Shown here: positions 55,011 through 64,000 of the stretch, one piece after another
How positions within the stretch are numbered: position 1 is the first letter of the stretch
How the letters are laid out: each line of letters opens with the position of its first letter
NCBI GenBank assembly: GCA_944392945.1
Contig: CALXYJ010000004.1
Coordinates: forward strand, 12,934 to 76,933
Reading direction: 5' to 3'
Origin: an uncultured Clostridia bacterium
GTDB taxonomy: Bacteria > Bacillota > Clostridia > TANB77 > CAG-508
DNA length: 64,000 bases
Notes under the pieces: model-generated
What the model was told of the DNA's origin: nothing
The model's database searches: none
The model's input: the letters and a program-made list of their open reading frames with translations, nothing else
Made by a program: the position numbers and the translations under genes

Positions 55011-55589
55011 TTAAATCTCCTTCTCTATATTTATCTTTAATTCCTCACACATATTTATTACTTTTTTAAAATCTCTCCAAAAATCTATTTTTTTATTTTC
55101 ATCTCTTAGAAGAGCTGTTGGATGCCAAGTAGGTAAATACATTATTCCTTTTTTCTCTATCCAATTTCCTCTACTAGCTGTTATTTTATATTCCTTTCCT
55201 AATATGTTCTGTAATGCTGTACTTCCCATTAATACAATTATTTGAGGTTTTACCAATATTACTTGATTTCTTAAATAATCTAAACATGCTCTTGCTTCAT
55301 CCTCTTCTGGTACTCTATTGTTTGGTGGTCTACATTTTACAATATTGGCAATATATAGCTTTGTTCTATCAATTCCTAAACCTTCAAAAGCTTTATTCAT
55401 CAGTTGACCTGCTCTACCTACAAATGGTACACCTTGCCTATCTTCATCAGCACCAGGTCCTTCCCCTATAAGCATTACATTTGCATTTTTATTTCCATCT
55501 GCAAATACTATATTTGTTCTATTAGTGCATAATTTACATTTTTTGCAACCTATTATAGACTTTTCTAAGTCCTCCCAATTATCATACAA
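55011..55589 (-). CDS. Uracil-DNA glycosylase, family 4
   Basis: CKKCKLC Fe-S cysteines, GEGPGADED, PFVGRAGQLM, HPTAL. Confidence 0.88.
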   Translation of the reverse strand: MYDNWEDLEKSIIGCKKCKLCTNRTNIVFADGNKNANVMLIGEGPGADEDRQGVPFVGRAGQLMNKAFEGLGIDRTKLYIANIVKCRPPNNRVPEEDEARACLDYLRNQVILVKPQIIVLMGSTALQNILGKEYKITASRGNWIEKKGIMYLPTWHPTALLRDENKKIDFWRDFKKVINMCEELKINIEKEI

Positions 55590-55607
55590 TTTTTACACCT
55601 CTTTATG

Positions 55608-56525
55608 CTATTTTACACAATTCTCTAATAATTTAATTTTTACATCATCATTTGTATCTATTCTTGCTCTTATTCCTACAGGTATAGCAGTTTTTCTATC
55701 TGTATGTCCAAAATTATTAGACTTAATAATTGGAAAATTATATTCATCACCAATTGTATCTTTTAATATTTGCTCGATTGTAATTCCACTTTCATGTTCA
55801 TAATTTCCAAGCCATATACCTCGTATTTTATCAAAAACTCCATTTTGTTTCATATAGTATAAATAATGACTAACAGCTTCTGGAGGAGATTCTAAGCCTA
55901 ATTCTTCTAAAAATAAAATTTTATCTTGAAAATTCATTTTATATTTTCCTGTCACCAAATCATGCATTAAATTTAGATTTCCTCCAATTAAAATTCCTTC
56001 TGCTTCTCCTGGTTTTAGAATCTTATATTCATCATCTTTAGTGCCTAATTCCAAACTTCCATCCTGTAATCTTTTTATAATCTCTTTATAGCTATATTCT
56101 GTTTCACAATTTGCAAGTCCTTTAAAAGTTTGTCCAGAAAAAGTAACCAAACCTGTTTTTTCATAAATCATATTTGTAATAGATGTTATATCACTAAATC
56201 CACATATTATTTTAGGATTTTTCTTAATCAATTCATAATCTATTAAATCAAATATAGAATTCGAGTTATTACCACCTTTTGCACACCAAACCATTTTTAC
56301 TTCTGTATCTGCAAACATATTATTTAAGTCTTCTGCCTTTTGCTCTACAGTTGCTCCATATCCTGTTGGATTCTTAAAAACATTTTTACCAATTTTTATT
56401 TTATACCCACTAACTTCCATTAATAATATTGAATTATTAAATTCCTCCAAATTTTCTTCTGTTACTGGATTAGCTGGAGCTATAATTCCTATTGTATCGC
56501 CCTTTTTTATCCTTTCGGGTATCAT
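55608..56525 (-). CDS. S66-family LD-carboxypeptidase (LdcA/MccF-like)
   Basis: GIIAPANP, nucleophile context GFSDITS, C-terminal FGHT. Confidence 0.82.
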   Translation of the reverse strand: MIPERIKKGDTIGIIAPANPVTEENLEEFNNSILLMEVSGYKIKIGKNVFKNPTGYGATVEQKAEDLNNMFADTEVKMVWCAKGGNNSNSIFDLIDYELIKKNPKIICGFSDITSITNMIYEKTGLVTFSGQTFKGLANCETEYSYKEIIKRLQDGSLELGTKDDEYKILKPGEAEGILIGGNLNLMHDLVTGKYKMNFQDKILFLEELGLESPPEAVSHYLYYMKQNGVFDKIRGIWLGNYEHESGITIEQILKDTIGDEYNFPIIKSNNFGHTDRKTAIPVGIRARIDTNDDVKIKLLENCVK

Positions 56526-56543
56526 AAACTTCTCCTTTCTTAT

Positions 56544-56570
56544 GAACTTTAGGGACGTTCCTTAAAGTTC
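56544..56570 (+). repeat. 27-nt palindromic element, family 1, copy 4
   Basis: GAACTTTAGGGACGTTCCTTAAAGTTC (flanked as ATGAAC...GTTCAT). Between the pgeF stop and the RBS of the LD-carboxypeptidase gene. Confidence 0.85.
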
Positions 56571-56575
56571 ATAGT

Positions 56576-57355
56576 TCATTTTAGCATAATAATATTCATA
56601 TTTCTATCTGCTTTTTCTTTTTCGGCTCTATAAGAAAACATATTATCTTTATTACAAACACTACATATTCCACTATCATATATATTTTCACTTTTTATGC
56701 CAATTTCTATTAAATTATCTATTATTAGACTTGTAGTATCAAAATAAAATTTTTGCTTTCCATCTAATATCTCACCAATTTTATAATATTTTTCTATATT
56801 TTTAAATTCTTTTCTAAATTGATATATAAAATCTTCTTCTACTTGGAAGTGACATTGTTTAATACATGGTCCTATACATACTATAATGTCTTTTGGGTTA
56901 ACATCATAATTTTTCATCATTAGCTCAACTGCATTTTGACTAATTCTTTTTAATGTGCCTCTCCATCCAGAATGTACATTTCCTATTATATTTTTATTTT
57001 TATCATATAAAATTATTGGAGTACAATCTGCATATTTTGTAACTAATGGAATATCTTTAGCTCCTGTTATAAATCCATCTACATATTCAAATTTTTCTTT
57101 AGTGAATTCTTTTATATCTTTTACTATACTAGTATGTTTCTGTGTAGATTTTATTATCTTAGTGTAATCCATACCTAATATATCACACATTTTTTCATAA
57201 TTTGGTTGTGATTTTGGATTTTTATCACTAAATTCTAATGGTTTTAATGAATAACAATGCTGTATTTTATCGGAATATTTTAATAATTCTTTAAATTGAA
57301 GGTATTCTACACCATCTTCTTTAATGTGAATTATATTTTTATTGCTCAGATTCAT
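56576..57355 (-). CDS. pgeF: YfiH/PgeF (DUF152) family protein, peptidoglycan editing factor / purine nucleoside phosphorylase-like
   Basis: ADCTPI, HSGWRG, CIGPCI...CHF, C..C near the C-terminus. Confidence 0.82.
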   Translation of the reverse strand: MNLSNKNIIHIKEDGVEYLQFKELLKYSDKIQHCYSLKPLEFSDKNPKSQPNYEKMCDILGMDYTKIIKSTQKHTSIVKDIKEFTKEKFEYVDGFITGAKDIPLVTKYADCTPIILYDKNKNIIGNVHSGWRGTLKRISQNAVELMMKNYDVNPKDIIVCIGPCIKQCHFQVEEDFIYQFRKEFKNIEKYYKIGEILDGKQKFYFDTTSLIIDNLIEIGIKSENIYDSGICSVCNKDNMFSYRAEKEKADRNMNIIMLK

Positions 57356-60300
57356 TAATCTCTCCTTTCATACATTCCATTATATACTCTTTTTCTAGAT
57401 TATCTATATAATTGTAATCATTTCCATAAAACCCTTTTTTAAAATTACATATTGAATTATATGCACAATATTCACATGGTTTTCTTTTATTACTTACATT
57501 ATAATATGGTTTTATATCTATATTTCCATCCAAAATTTCTTTTGCAATATCACCTAAAGTTTTTCTTACATATTTTTGCAAAATTTCAAATTCTTTTCTA
57601 GAAACGACCTTAGAGGTTCTATCCATACTTCCATCTTTTTTTAATTTTACAGGAATTATATTCGATTTTTCTCCATCTTTTAGCTTATTATCCATCATAT
57701 TAATTACTTTCATCTCTGCTAATACTAACCCATTCATTCTAAATTGCTCTCTTATTTGCTTTTCTATTTCTTCATCAGTTATATTCTTTGATTTTTTCAT
57801 TCCTCCTATTTTAGGCTCTATTAAACCAAAATATAAAACTCCAGCAGGTATTACATCCTGTATTTGACAAACTGCATCTAAATAAGTAATTAATTGTAAC
57901 TGTAATCCAGCTAAAACTTCGTTTAGATTTATATCCTTTATAGATGATTTATAATCTATTATTCTAATATATTTTCCCGTTTCATCTTTGGCTAAATCTA
58001 TTCTATCTATTTTACCTGTTATTTCTACTTTTTTTCCATCTTCTGTACAAATTTCTATTGGTTCATATTCTTTTCCAGATTTAAATTCAATTTCATTTCC
58101 TATAACCTCAAAATCAGTATCCTTTAATCCTTGTACAATATATATTATAGATAAAGTTACAATTCTGCATAATCTATTTGTAAGCACGATGAATTTTGGA
58201 ATACTCTTAAAGATATAGTTGGATCTTAAATTTAGTTTCTCTTCTATTATTTCTTTTACAATTTTCTCAATATCTTCTTTTTCTATTTCTTTTACATTAA
58301 TTTTTTTATCTGCTACTTTTTCAAAGAATTCGTCTATAACTTCATGCATAAATGAACCTGTATCTATTGGTTGTAATTTTAATGATTTCTTTTCTTTTAA
58401 TTTTAGTCCATATTCTAAGTAGAAAGAAAATGGACAACTTCTATATCTCTCTAATCTAGAAATTGTGGTATGTAATTTTTCACCATATAATTTTTTTATA
58501 AACTCTGGCTTTATTTTTTCTGGTACATTTGTATATTTAATTCCTTGTAGACTTTTTAGTAATCTACTTTTCCATACAGGATCATTTTCATAATATTTAA
58601 ATACATCAAACCAAATATCTTCTATTTCATTTCCTTCTTGATATTCATTTAGTTTTTCTATTAAATTATCAAATGTATTATTTGGTGTAATAATTTCTTT
58701 TTCCTGATTAATTATATCACTTGTTTCTTTTAATTCTGGATATATTTTCTTTAGTTTAGTCACAAGTATAGAAGGTCTTAAAGTTCTACCTTCATTATCA
58801 GAGGAAGCATATGACAAATATAATTTTTCTTCTGCAATTGTAAATGCTTTATATATATTAAAATTTTCTTCATATAGATTCTCCATACTTCCATTGGCAA
58901 GTTCAAAACCTTTTTCTCTTAAATATTCCCTATCTTTATCATTAAAAAATCCCTCATCTTTATATACACTTGGAAATTCACCATCATTTATTCCTATTAT
59001 AAAAACAGCTCTAACCTTATGGCTTCTAGATCTGCTCACATCCCCAACAACAACCTGGTCCTGTGTTGCTGGAATCTTTCCTAATCCTGTATTTCTTAAA
59101 CCAATTTTTAATAAATTCATATATTTATCAAAATTAGTTTTTTCTTCTCCAAATACCAATACGATTTCATCAAATAACTCCATAAGTACCTTAAAGCTTG
59201 TATCATATTCATTTGCAATTTCTAATAAGCCCTTCTCTTCTAATTTTTGAATTTTATTTTTTATAATTTGTTCTATATTCATTTCTTCTAAAAACTCATA
59301 TAAAATTTTTGTCAAATTAATAAAACTATTGTCTTTCTTTGCTTTTTCCTGCAATCTACGTATTGGAGTAGCAATTATTTTTCTTAACTCGTTTAACCTT
59401 TCTACCTCTTCTTCTGTATATTCATCTTTTCCAATATAATTCCAATCTTCTTTGTACCACTTATTACCTTTTATTCCCCATCTAATACAATAATTCTCTA
59501 ACTTAAATATCTCCTCTTTATCTAAATTATTAAAACCGGTTTTTAAATAATTAAATACAGATTCATATGACCAATTTTTATTACAAATTTCTAATACAGA
59601 AATAAGGAATTTTACTAAAATATTTTCACTTAATTCCTTTTTTTCATCTATAAATACTGGAATGTCATAATTATTAAAAATAACTTTTATTAAGCTAGAA
59701 TAAATATTTAGATTTTTTGTAATAACAGATATTTCCTTAAATCTATAGCCATCATTTCTAACCAATTTTACTATTTCAGAAGCTATATGTTCAATTTCGG
59801 TATATTGATTATTTGCCAAAAACATTTTTATATTTTTAGGTTCTGTTTTAAAAGGCTTATATGGTACTGCATATAAATTCTCTTCTAAATGTTTTAATTC
59901 TTCATTTTTAAATCTATATGTATTTTCGAGTTTTATATCATCCTCTATTTTTATGCCATATTCTTTAGCAATATTTATTAATTTTATTCCTGTATTTTTA
60001 TTAGCAAAAAAAATATCTTTATCAGGATCTTCTATTTGCATTAAATTATCTGTACAAATTGTTACATTTACTTTTTTTGCTATTTGCATCAATTTCGCTA
60101 TAATTTCATATTCTTGGGTGGTAAATCCCACAAATTCATCTATATATATAATTGAATTTTTAAATTGATTACTTTCCAATATTTGATTATTTAAAATATC
60201 CAAAACATCATTTTCGTCTAAAAATCTATTTTCTATACTTTTCTCAAACTCTTCATACATAGTAATAATATCATTTAACTTTAGCTTTAAATACACATCT

Positions 60301-60722
60301 GTTGTATTATTACTTTCTTCTTTTAGCTGTTCTATATCAATTCTATGTTTTTTAAATTCAGTTATAGAATTTCCTATTATATCTACATTCTCAGCATTTT
60401 TCCCTAAAAAATTTAAATTATCCTTTTGTTTATTTAAGATATCATATAAAAGCATTGCTTTACCACTTTTACTTAAATTAGTCTTTTTTGCTCCACCAAT
60501 TTCATTCCTAATTCTAAAAGCCATTCTACTAAAGGTAATTACTTCTGTATTAACTAACGCTTTATTCTTAACTACTTCCATTAACTTCTTTTCAGCAGTT
60601 AAAGCCATTTGATTAGGAACAATCATATATATTTTTTCTTTATTAATATTTTCAGAAATTTCTTTAAAACAATATTCGCTCTTTCCACAACCTGACTTTC
60701 CATATATCAATCTTAAACTCAT
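57339..60722 (-). CDS. addB: ATP-dependent helicase/nuclease subunit B (AddB/RexB)
   Basis: N-terminal Walker A GKSGCGKS. C-terminal RecB-type nuclease with Fe-S cysteines (C...CEYCAYNSIC). Collinear with B. subtilis AddB as recalled. Confidence 0.88.
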   Translation of the reverse strand: MSLRLIYGKSGCGKSEYCFKEISENINKEKIYMIVPNQMALTAEKKLMEVVKNKALVNTEVITFSRMAFRIRNEIGGAKKTNLSKSGKAMLLYDILNKQKDNLNFLGKNAENVDIIGNSITEFKKHRIDIEQLKEESNNTTDVYLKLKLNDIITMYEEFEKSIENRFLDENDVLDILNNQILESNQFKNSIIYIDEFVGFTTQEYEIIAKLMQIAKKVNVTICTDNLMQIEDPDKDIFFANKNTGIKLINIAKEYGIKIEDDIKLENTYRFKNEELKHLEENLYAVPYKPFKTEPKNIKMFLANNQYTEIEHIASEIVKLVRNDGYRFKEISVITKNLNIYSSLIKVIFNNYDIPVFIDEKKELSENILVKFLISVLEICNKNWSYESVFNYLKTGFNNLDKEEIFKLENYCIRWGIKGNKWYKEDWNYIGKDEYTEEEVERLNELRKIIATPIRRLQEKAKKDNSFINLTKILYEFLEEMNIEQIIKNKIQKLEEKGLLEIANEYDTSFKVLMELFDEIVLVFGEEKTNFDKYMNLLKIGLRNTGLGKIPATQDQVVVGDVSRSRSHKVRAVFIIGINDGEFPSVYKDEGFFNDKDREYLREKGFELANGSMENLYEENFNIYKAFTIAEEKLYLSYASSDNEGRTLRPSILVTKLKKIYPELKETSDIINQEKEIITPNNTFDNLIEKLNEYQEGNEIEDIWFDVFKYYENDPVWKSRLLKSLQGIKYTNVPEKIKPEFIKKLYGEKLHTTISRLERYRSCPFSFYLEYGLKLKEKKSLKLQPIDTGSFMHEVIDEFFEKVADKKINVKEIEKEDIEKIVKEIIEEKLNLRSNYIFKSIPKFIVLTNRLCRIVTLSIIYIVQGLKDTDFEVIGNEIEFKSGKEYEPIEICTEDGKKVEITGKIDRIDLAKDETGKYIRIIDYKSSIKDINLNEVLAGLQLQLITYLDAVCQIQDVIPAGVLYFGLIEPKIGGMKKSKNITDEEIEKQIREQFRMNGLVLAEMKVINMMDNKLKDGEKSNIIPVKLKKDGSMDRTSKVVSRKEFEILQKYVRKTLGDIAKEILDGNIDIKPYYNVSNKRKPCEYCAYNSICNFKKGFYGNDYNYIDNLEKEYIMECMKGEINESEQ

Positions 60723-60747
60723 TTTTCCACCTCGTTGAATTTTAGTT

Positions 60748-60774
60748 GAACTTTAGGGACGTTCCTTAAAGTTC
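60748..60774 (+). repeat. 27-nt palindromic element, family 1, copy 5
   Basis: Identical to copies 1 and 4. The minus-strand reading GAA CTT TAA supplies the last two codons and stop of the ABC ATPase. Confidence 0.85.
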
Positions 60775-61431
60775 AATTGTTCCATCTTCTATTTGTATGA
60801 TTCTATCTGCTAACTTTGCTATTTCTAAATTATGCGTAATCATTATTATTGTTTGTTTATATTCTTTATTAGTCTTTTTTAATAATTGTATAATTTCATC
60901 ACTTGATTTTGTATCTAAATTTCCTGTTGGTTCATCTGCTAAAATTATTTTTGGACTTATCATTAGTGCTCGTCCAATTGCTACTTTTTGCTGTTGACCA
61001 CCTGATAATTCATTTGGTAAATGTTTTTTTCTGTTATCAATATTTAAGAATTTCGTTATCCTATTTAACTTTTCTTTATCCACCTTTTTTCTATCTAACT
61101 CAATTGGCAATAATATATTTTCTTCCACATTTAATGTAGGTATTAAATTATAGAATTGATATATAATTCCTATCTCTTCTCTTCTTAATATCGTTAATTG
61201 TTTTTTATTCATTTCATAAAGATTTTTTCCATAAAAATATACTTTTCCATCAGTTGGTGGCTCTAGTCCTGCAATTGTATGCAAAAGAGTAGATTTTCCA
61301 CTTCCAGAAGGTCCTATGATTGCAATAAATTCTCCTTCTTCTACTTCAAAAGAAACATTATTTAAAGCAACAACCTCTGCCTCTCCCTTTCCATATATTT
61401 TCGTTACATTTTCTACTTTTAAAATATTCAT
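60766..61431 (-). CDS. ABC transporter ATP-binding protein (MacB/FtsE-like)
   Basis: Walker A GPSGSGKST, signature LSGGQQQ, Walker B ILADEPTGNLD. Confidence 0.92.
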   Translation of the reverse strand: MNILKVENVTKIYGKGEAEVVALNNVSFEVEEGEFIAIIGPSGSGKSTLLHTIAGLEPPTDGKVYFYGKNLYEMNKKQLTILRREEIGIIYQFYNLIPTLNVEENILLPIELDRKKVDKEKLNRITKFLNIDNRKKHLPNELSGGQQQKVAIGRALMISPKIILADEPTGNLDTKSSDEIIQLLKKTNKEYKQTIIMITHNLEIAKLADRIIQIEDGTIEL

Positions 61432-61448
61432 CTTTTATCTCCCATAAT

Positions 61449-63788
61449 CTATTTATTCTTTATAAATCTTGCTGAAAATAATGTTATAACTAAGGAAATT
61501 ATAAACAATATTGCAAAAAATACACTAACACTTCCAAAAGGTATTAACAATTTTTTTAGAATTATAACATTCTCCATATGTTTCACAATTCCATATATTA
61601 TTGGTATTGATAAAATAACTGATATTATCAATGCTTTTATAAACATATATATACACTCATATATTAAAATTTTGTTTATATTTCCGTTTGTAGCACCCAG
61701 CCTTGATAATATATTAAATTCTTCTCGTCTTTCTAATAAACTTGCATTTATTATATTTATAGCACTTACTATTCCAATTACTACAATTGTTAATATTATA
61801 ATTCTTAAAATTAATTGCAATATATCTAAATATATCATTTTTTCTTGATATTCTAAAGAATAAATTAGTGGTATAAGATATTTTAAATCATCTTTTCTCG
61901 CTAAGTTCCAGCTATAATCTGAAAAAGAAATTATATTTCCACAGTTTACTCTAATAACTCTTCTATCTTCCATAATTCTTTCGACCGAAATTCTCCCTGT
62001 AACTTCTGAAGTATCTTTCGGTATTTTTTCTTCTAGTTTATTATAAGTTTCCATATTTACAAAAATTGAACAATCTCTAGCACGATCTTTAAATCCATCT
62101 AAAATTTCGTCAGTTAATACAAAATTTCCGTTCAATTCTCCTATATCAACTATCTCATAAGTTTGTGTATTTTCTAAATCTCCTTCCTTCAATTTTTCAT
62201 TTAATAAATAAATATTTATATTATTGGTATTAAACGCTGAACTATATGTATAAATATATTCGTTTTCTCCTACTTTTTCTGATTCTACTACTGTATTGTA
62301 AATAATATAATCTCCGTAATTTGCATTTATTTTATTTATATATTCATTATATTTTTTATCTTCTAAACCAACTATCTCTATAATAATTCCCTTTTTGTCA
62401 TTTTCATTATATTCCTTACCTTCTAAACCCAATAATTCTATATTCATTCCATTTTCATCATTTTCATAATCAAATGTTCCAACATCTGTTTCAATTGCAC
62501 TTGGTGGATCTACTAATGCATAAAAGCCATCATCTTTATATTCAAAATATTCTATTGTATCACCAGTCGTAGCAGAATAGTCTTCAAACATCTTTTTATA
62601 ATCTATTTTACTAGCATCAATTATTAATTCTGCATCAATGTCATAATCAGTAACAAGATTAGCAGATTCTTTTTCATAATTAATATATGTACTTACAGAA
62701 ATAAACGAAACCATGCATATTACCATTAAAGTCGTTATAACTCTATATTTATTTTTATTTCTTTTTATATTTACAAAAGCAATTCGTCCTTCTACTGGAA
62801 GAATTTTTCCTATAATATAATTTCTTTTTCTATATTTGATTTGCTTATTATTTCTTATGCTCTCAATAACTGATGTGCTACTAGCTTTTACACTTGGAAT
62901 AATAGCAGATATGTATATATTAAATAATATAATTATTAATGCTGTAATTACATATTTAATATCAACTACTAAACTAAAATTAAATGTTGTTGGATCCAAT
63001 ATGTCATTTATAAATCTTAATATACCATTTGTTGCTAAAAATGATATTATTCCACCTATTACAATTCCGAATATTCCCATAATTGTTGCCTCAATAAATA
63101 TCATTTTTAAAATTTGTCCTTCTGTTCCACCAATACTATTTAAAATAGCATATTCTCTCTTCCTTTCATTTATAGTTACTAAAAATGCATTATATAATAT
63201 GATTATAAATAATACTGAAAACACTATTAATATAAGTACTATCATTAAATCTATAACATATGAGAAATTTACTTGACTTTTATATACTAGTTGTAAAGAA
63301 TCTGAAAAATCCAAATTTGCTCCCATTAATCCATATACCGTAAGCATTTTATCATTAAATTGGCACTTCGTTTCTGCATCTGTTAGCGAATATTGCAAAG
63401 TTTGAATTATATTACTTGAATATTTATATGTTTCTTTTACATTTTTGTATTTTATATATACATTTATAGTATCAATATTACTAAATGGATCATCTATTTC
63501 ATTTAATTCTCTTAATCCTTCATTATCGTTTGATTGTATATAGATTTTATCTATATAACTTTTATCCTTGATAAGATTAAATTCATCCGAATTTACACCC
63601 TTTATAATAAAATGATAATCATTATACTCTATATTTGTATTTTCATTTATACCGTTTCTAATACTAGCTATTAGGAGTAATGTGGTTAAAATAAGAAATG
63701 TACATAAAGCTATTGATATTGTGGTATATATTGTTCTTTTTATATTTCTTATCATGTTCTTTAATGTTAATTTCGTTTCTATTTTCAT
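61449..63788 (-). CDS. FtsX-family ABC transporter permease with large extracytoplasmic domains
   Basis: Two FtsX-type 4-TM modules with a long middle domain. GAGGAG RBS before the ATG at 63788 (ORF open to 63818). Confidence 0.8.
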   Translation of the reverse strand: MKIETKLTLKNMIRNIKRTIYTTISIALCTFLILTTLLLIASIRNGINENTNIEYNDYHFIIKGVNSDEFNLIKDKSYIDKIYIQSNDNEGLRELNEIDDPFSNIDTINVYIKYKNVKETYKYSSNIIQTLQYSLTDAETKCQFNDKMLTVYGLMGANLDFSDSLQLVYKSQVNFSYVIDLMIVLILIVFSVLFIIILYNAFLVTINERKREYAILNSIGGTEGQILKMIFIEATIMGIFGIVIGGIISFLATNGILRFINDILDPTTFNFSLVVDIKYVITALIIILFNIYISAIIPSVKASSTSVIESIRNNKQIKYRKRNYIIGKILPVEGRIAFVNIKRNKNKYRVITTLMVICMVSFISVSTYINYEKESANLVTDYDIDAELIIDASKIDYKKMFEDYSATTGDTIEYFEYKDDGFYALVDPPSAIETDVGTFDYENDENGMNIELLGLEGKEYNENDKKGIIIEIVGLEDKKYNEYINKINANYGDYIIYNTVVESEKVGENEYIYTYSSAFNTNNINIYLLNEKLKEGDLENTQTYEIVDIGELNGNFVLTDEILDGFKDRARDCSIFVNMETYNKLEEKIPKDTSEVTGRISVERIMEDRRVIRVNCGNIISFSDYSWNLARKDDLKYLIPLIYSLEYQEKMIYLDILQLILRIIILTIVVIGIVSAINIINASLLERREEFNILSRLGATNGNINKILIYECIYMFIKALIISVILSIPIIYGIVKHMENVIILKKLLIPFGSVSVFFAILFIISLVITLFSARFIKNK

Positions 63789-63902
63789 ATTATTACTCCT
63801 CGGTAATTCTAAATCCAAAAATTAGTTTTATCTTCTTTAATATTTATAACATTATGAATACAGTTTTACAACAATTTTAATAATTTATATCTAGTATTAA
63901 TT

Positions 63903-64000
63903 CTATTTTTGGCAATACAAGTAACTTAGTTTATGTGCAAATTGTTTTGCAATTACACTAACATAATCATTATTAATAGCTTTAACTACTTTCCAATTTA
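63903..64000 (-). CDS. 3' end of an unidentified CDS running out of the window
   Basis: Minus-strand frame open from the window edge: ...NWKVVKAINNDYVSVIAKQFAHKLSYLYCQK, stop TAG at 63903-63905. Too short to classify. Confidence 0.3.
   Translation of the reverse strand, partial: NWKVVKAINNDYVSVIAKQFAHKLSYLYCQK

Noticed and set aside
29695-60774. CRISPR array interpretation of the 27-nt repeats
   Set aside because: Spacings are irregular (47 nt, then 2.6, 24 and 4 kb). The repeats are long perfect palindromes in intergenic positions, and no cas genes are present. They are REP/MITE-like instead.
1-64000. Prophage, integrative element or IS as the carrier of the atypical genes
   Set aside because: No integrase, recombinase, transposase, tRNA gene, terminal inverted repeats or flanking direct repeats could be found by reading around any of the five cassettes.

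Overview
This window looks like a chromosomal segment from a very AT-rich, endospore-forming Firmicute, probably a Clostridia-type organism. Hand-counted 100-nt samples of core genes give about 21-28% G+C.

Most of the window is conserved housekeeping and sporulation content:
- lexA, then a Ser-specific T-box controlling DUF1653-serS, then engB.
- sortase-DUF951, rsmA, a class B PBP with two PASTA domains, a Ca-type P-ATPase and smc.
- Two tandem HD-GYP paralogs, mazF, dusB and rodA-minE-minD.
- A four-subunit 2-oxoacid:ferredoxin oxidoreductase (porGDAB) plus ferredoxin.
- yaaT-holB, lepB, a WalRK-like two-component pair, a ROK kinase, DUF2207 and rsmB.
- dodecin-spoVAC-spoVAD, with spoVAE displaced further on.
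- infC-rpmI-rplT, leuS, then a GNAT / GltD-like / Nudix / UDG4 / LD-carboxypeptidase / pgeF / addB string and an FtsX-type ABC pair.

I saw no rRNA, tRNA, CRISPR array, integrase or transposase.

Four things stand out:
1. Five self-contained single-gene cassettes of visibly higher G+C sit in intergenic junctions of the first 29 kb. Each has its own TGnTATAAT-type extended -10 (TAAAAT in one) and its own hairpin. They encode a divergent PurA-family enzyme, a 549-aa helical orphan where minC is expected, a 335-aa wHTH protein, a 192-aa single-TM protein and a 75-aa protein.
2. Two families of dispersed palindromic elements sit at gene 3' ends or just 5' of ribosome-binding sites. One is 27-31 nt with 5 copies; the other is about 80 nt with 2 copies. 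In three cases the element supplies the stop codon of a gene, and in two of these the final Glu-Leu codons as well.
3. An opposite-strand two-ORF insertion carrying an HExxH motif splits the spoVA operon. The two ORFs may be joined by an A7 slippery run.
4. Several orphans and oddities: MazF without an antitoxin, a minimal RelA/SpoT-type synthetase, MinE with a roughly 155-aa acidic tail, and AddB without an adjacent AddA.

All functional calls come from motif reading by eye. No database search was possible.
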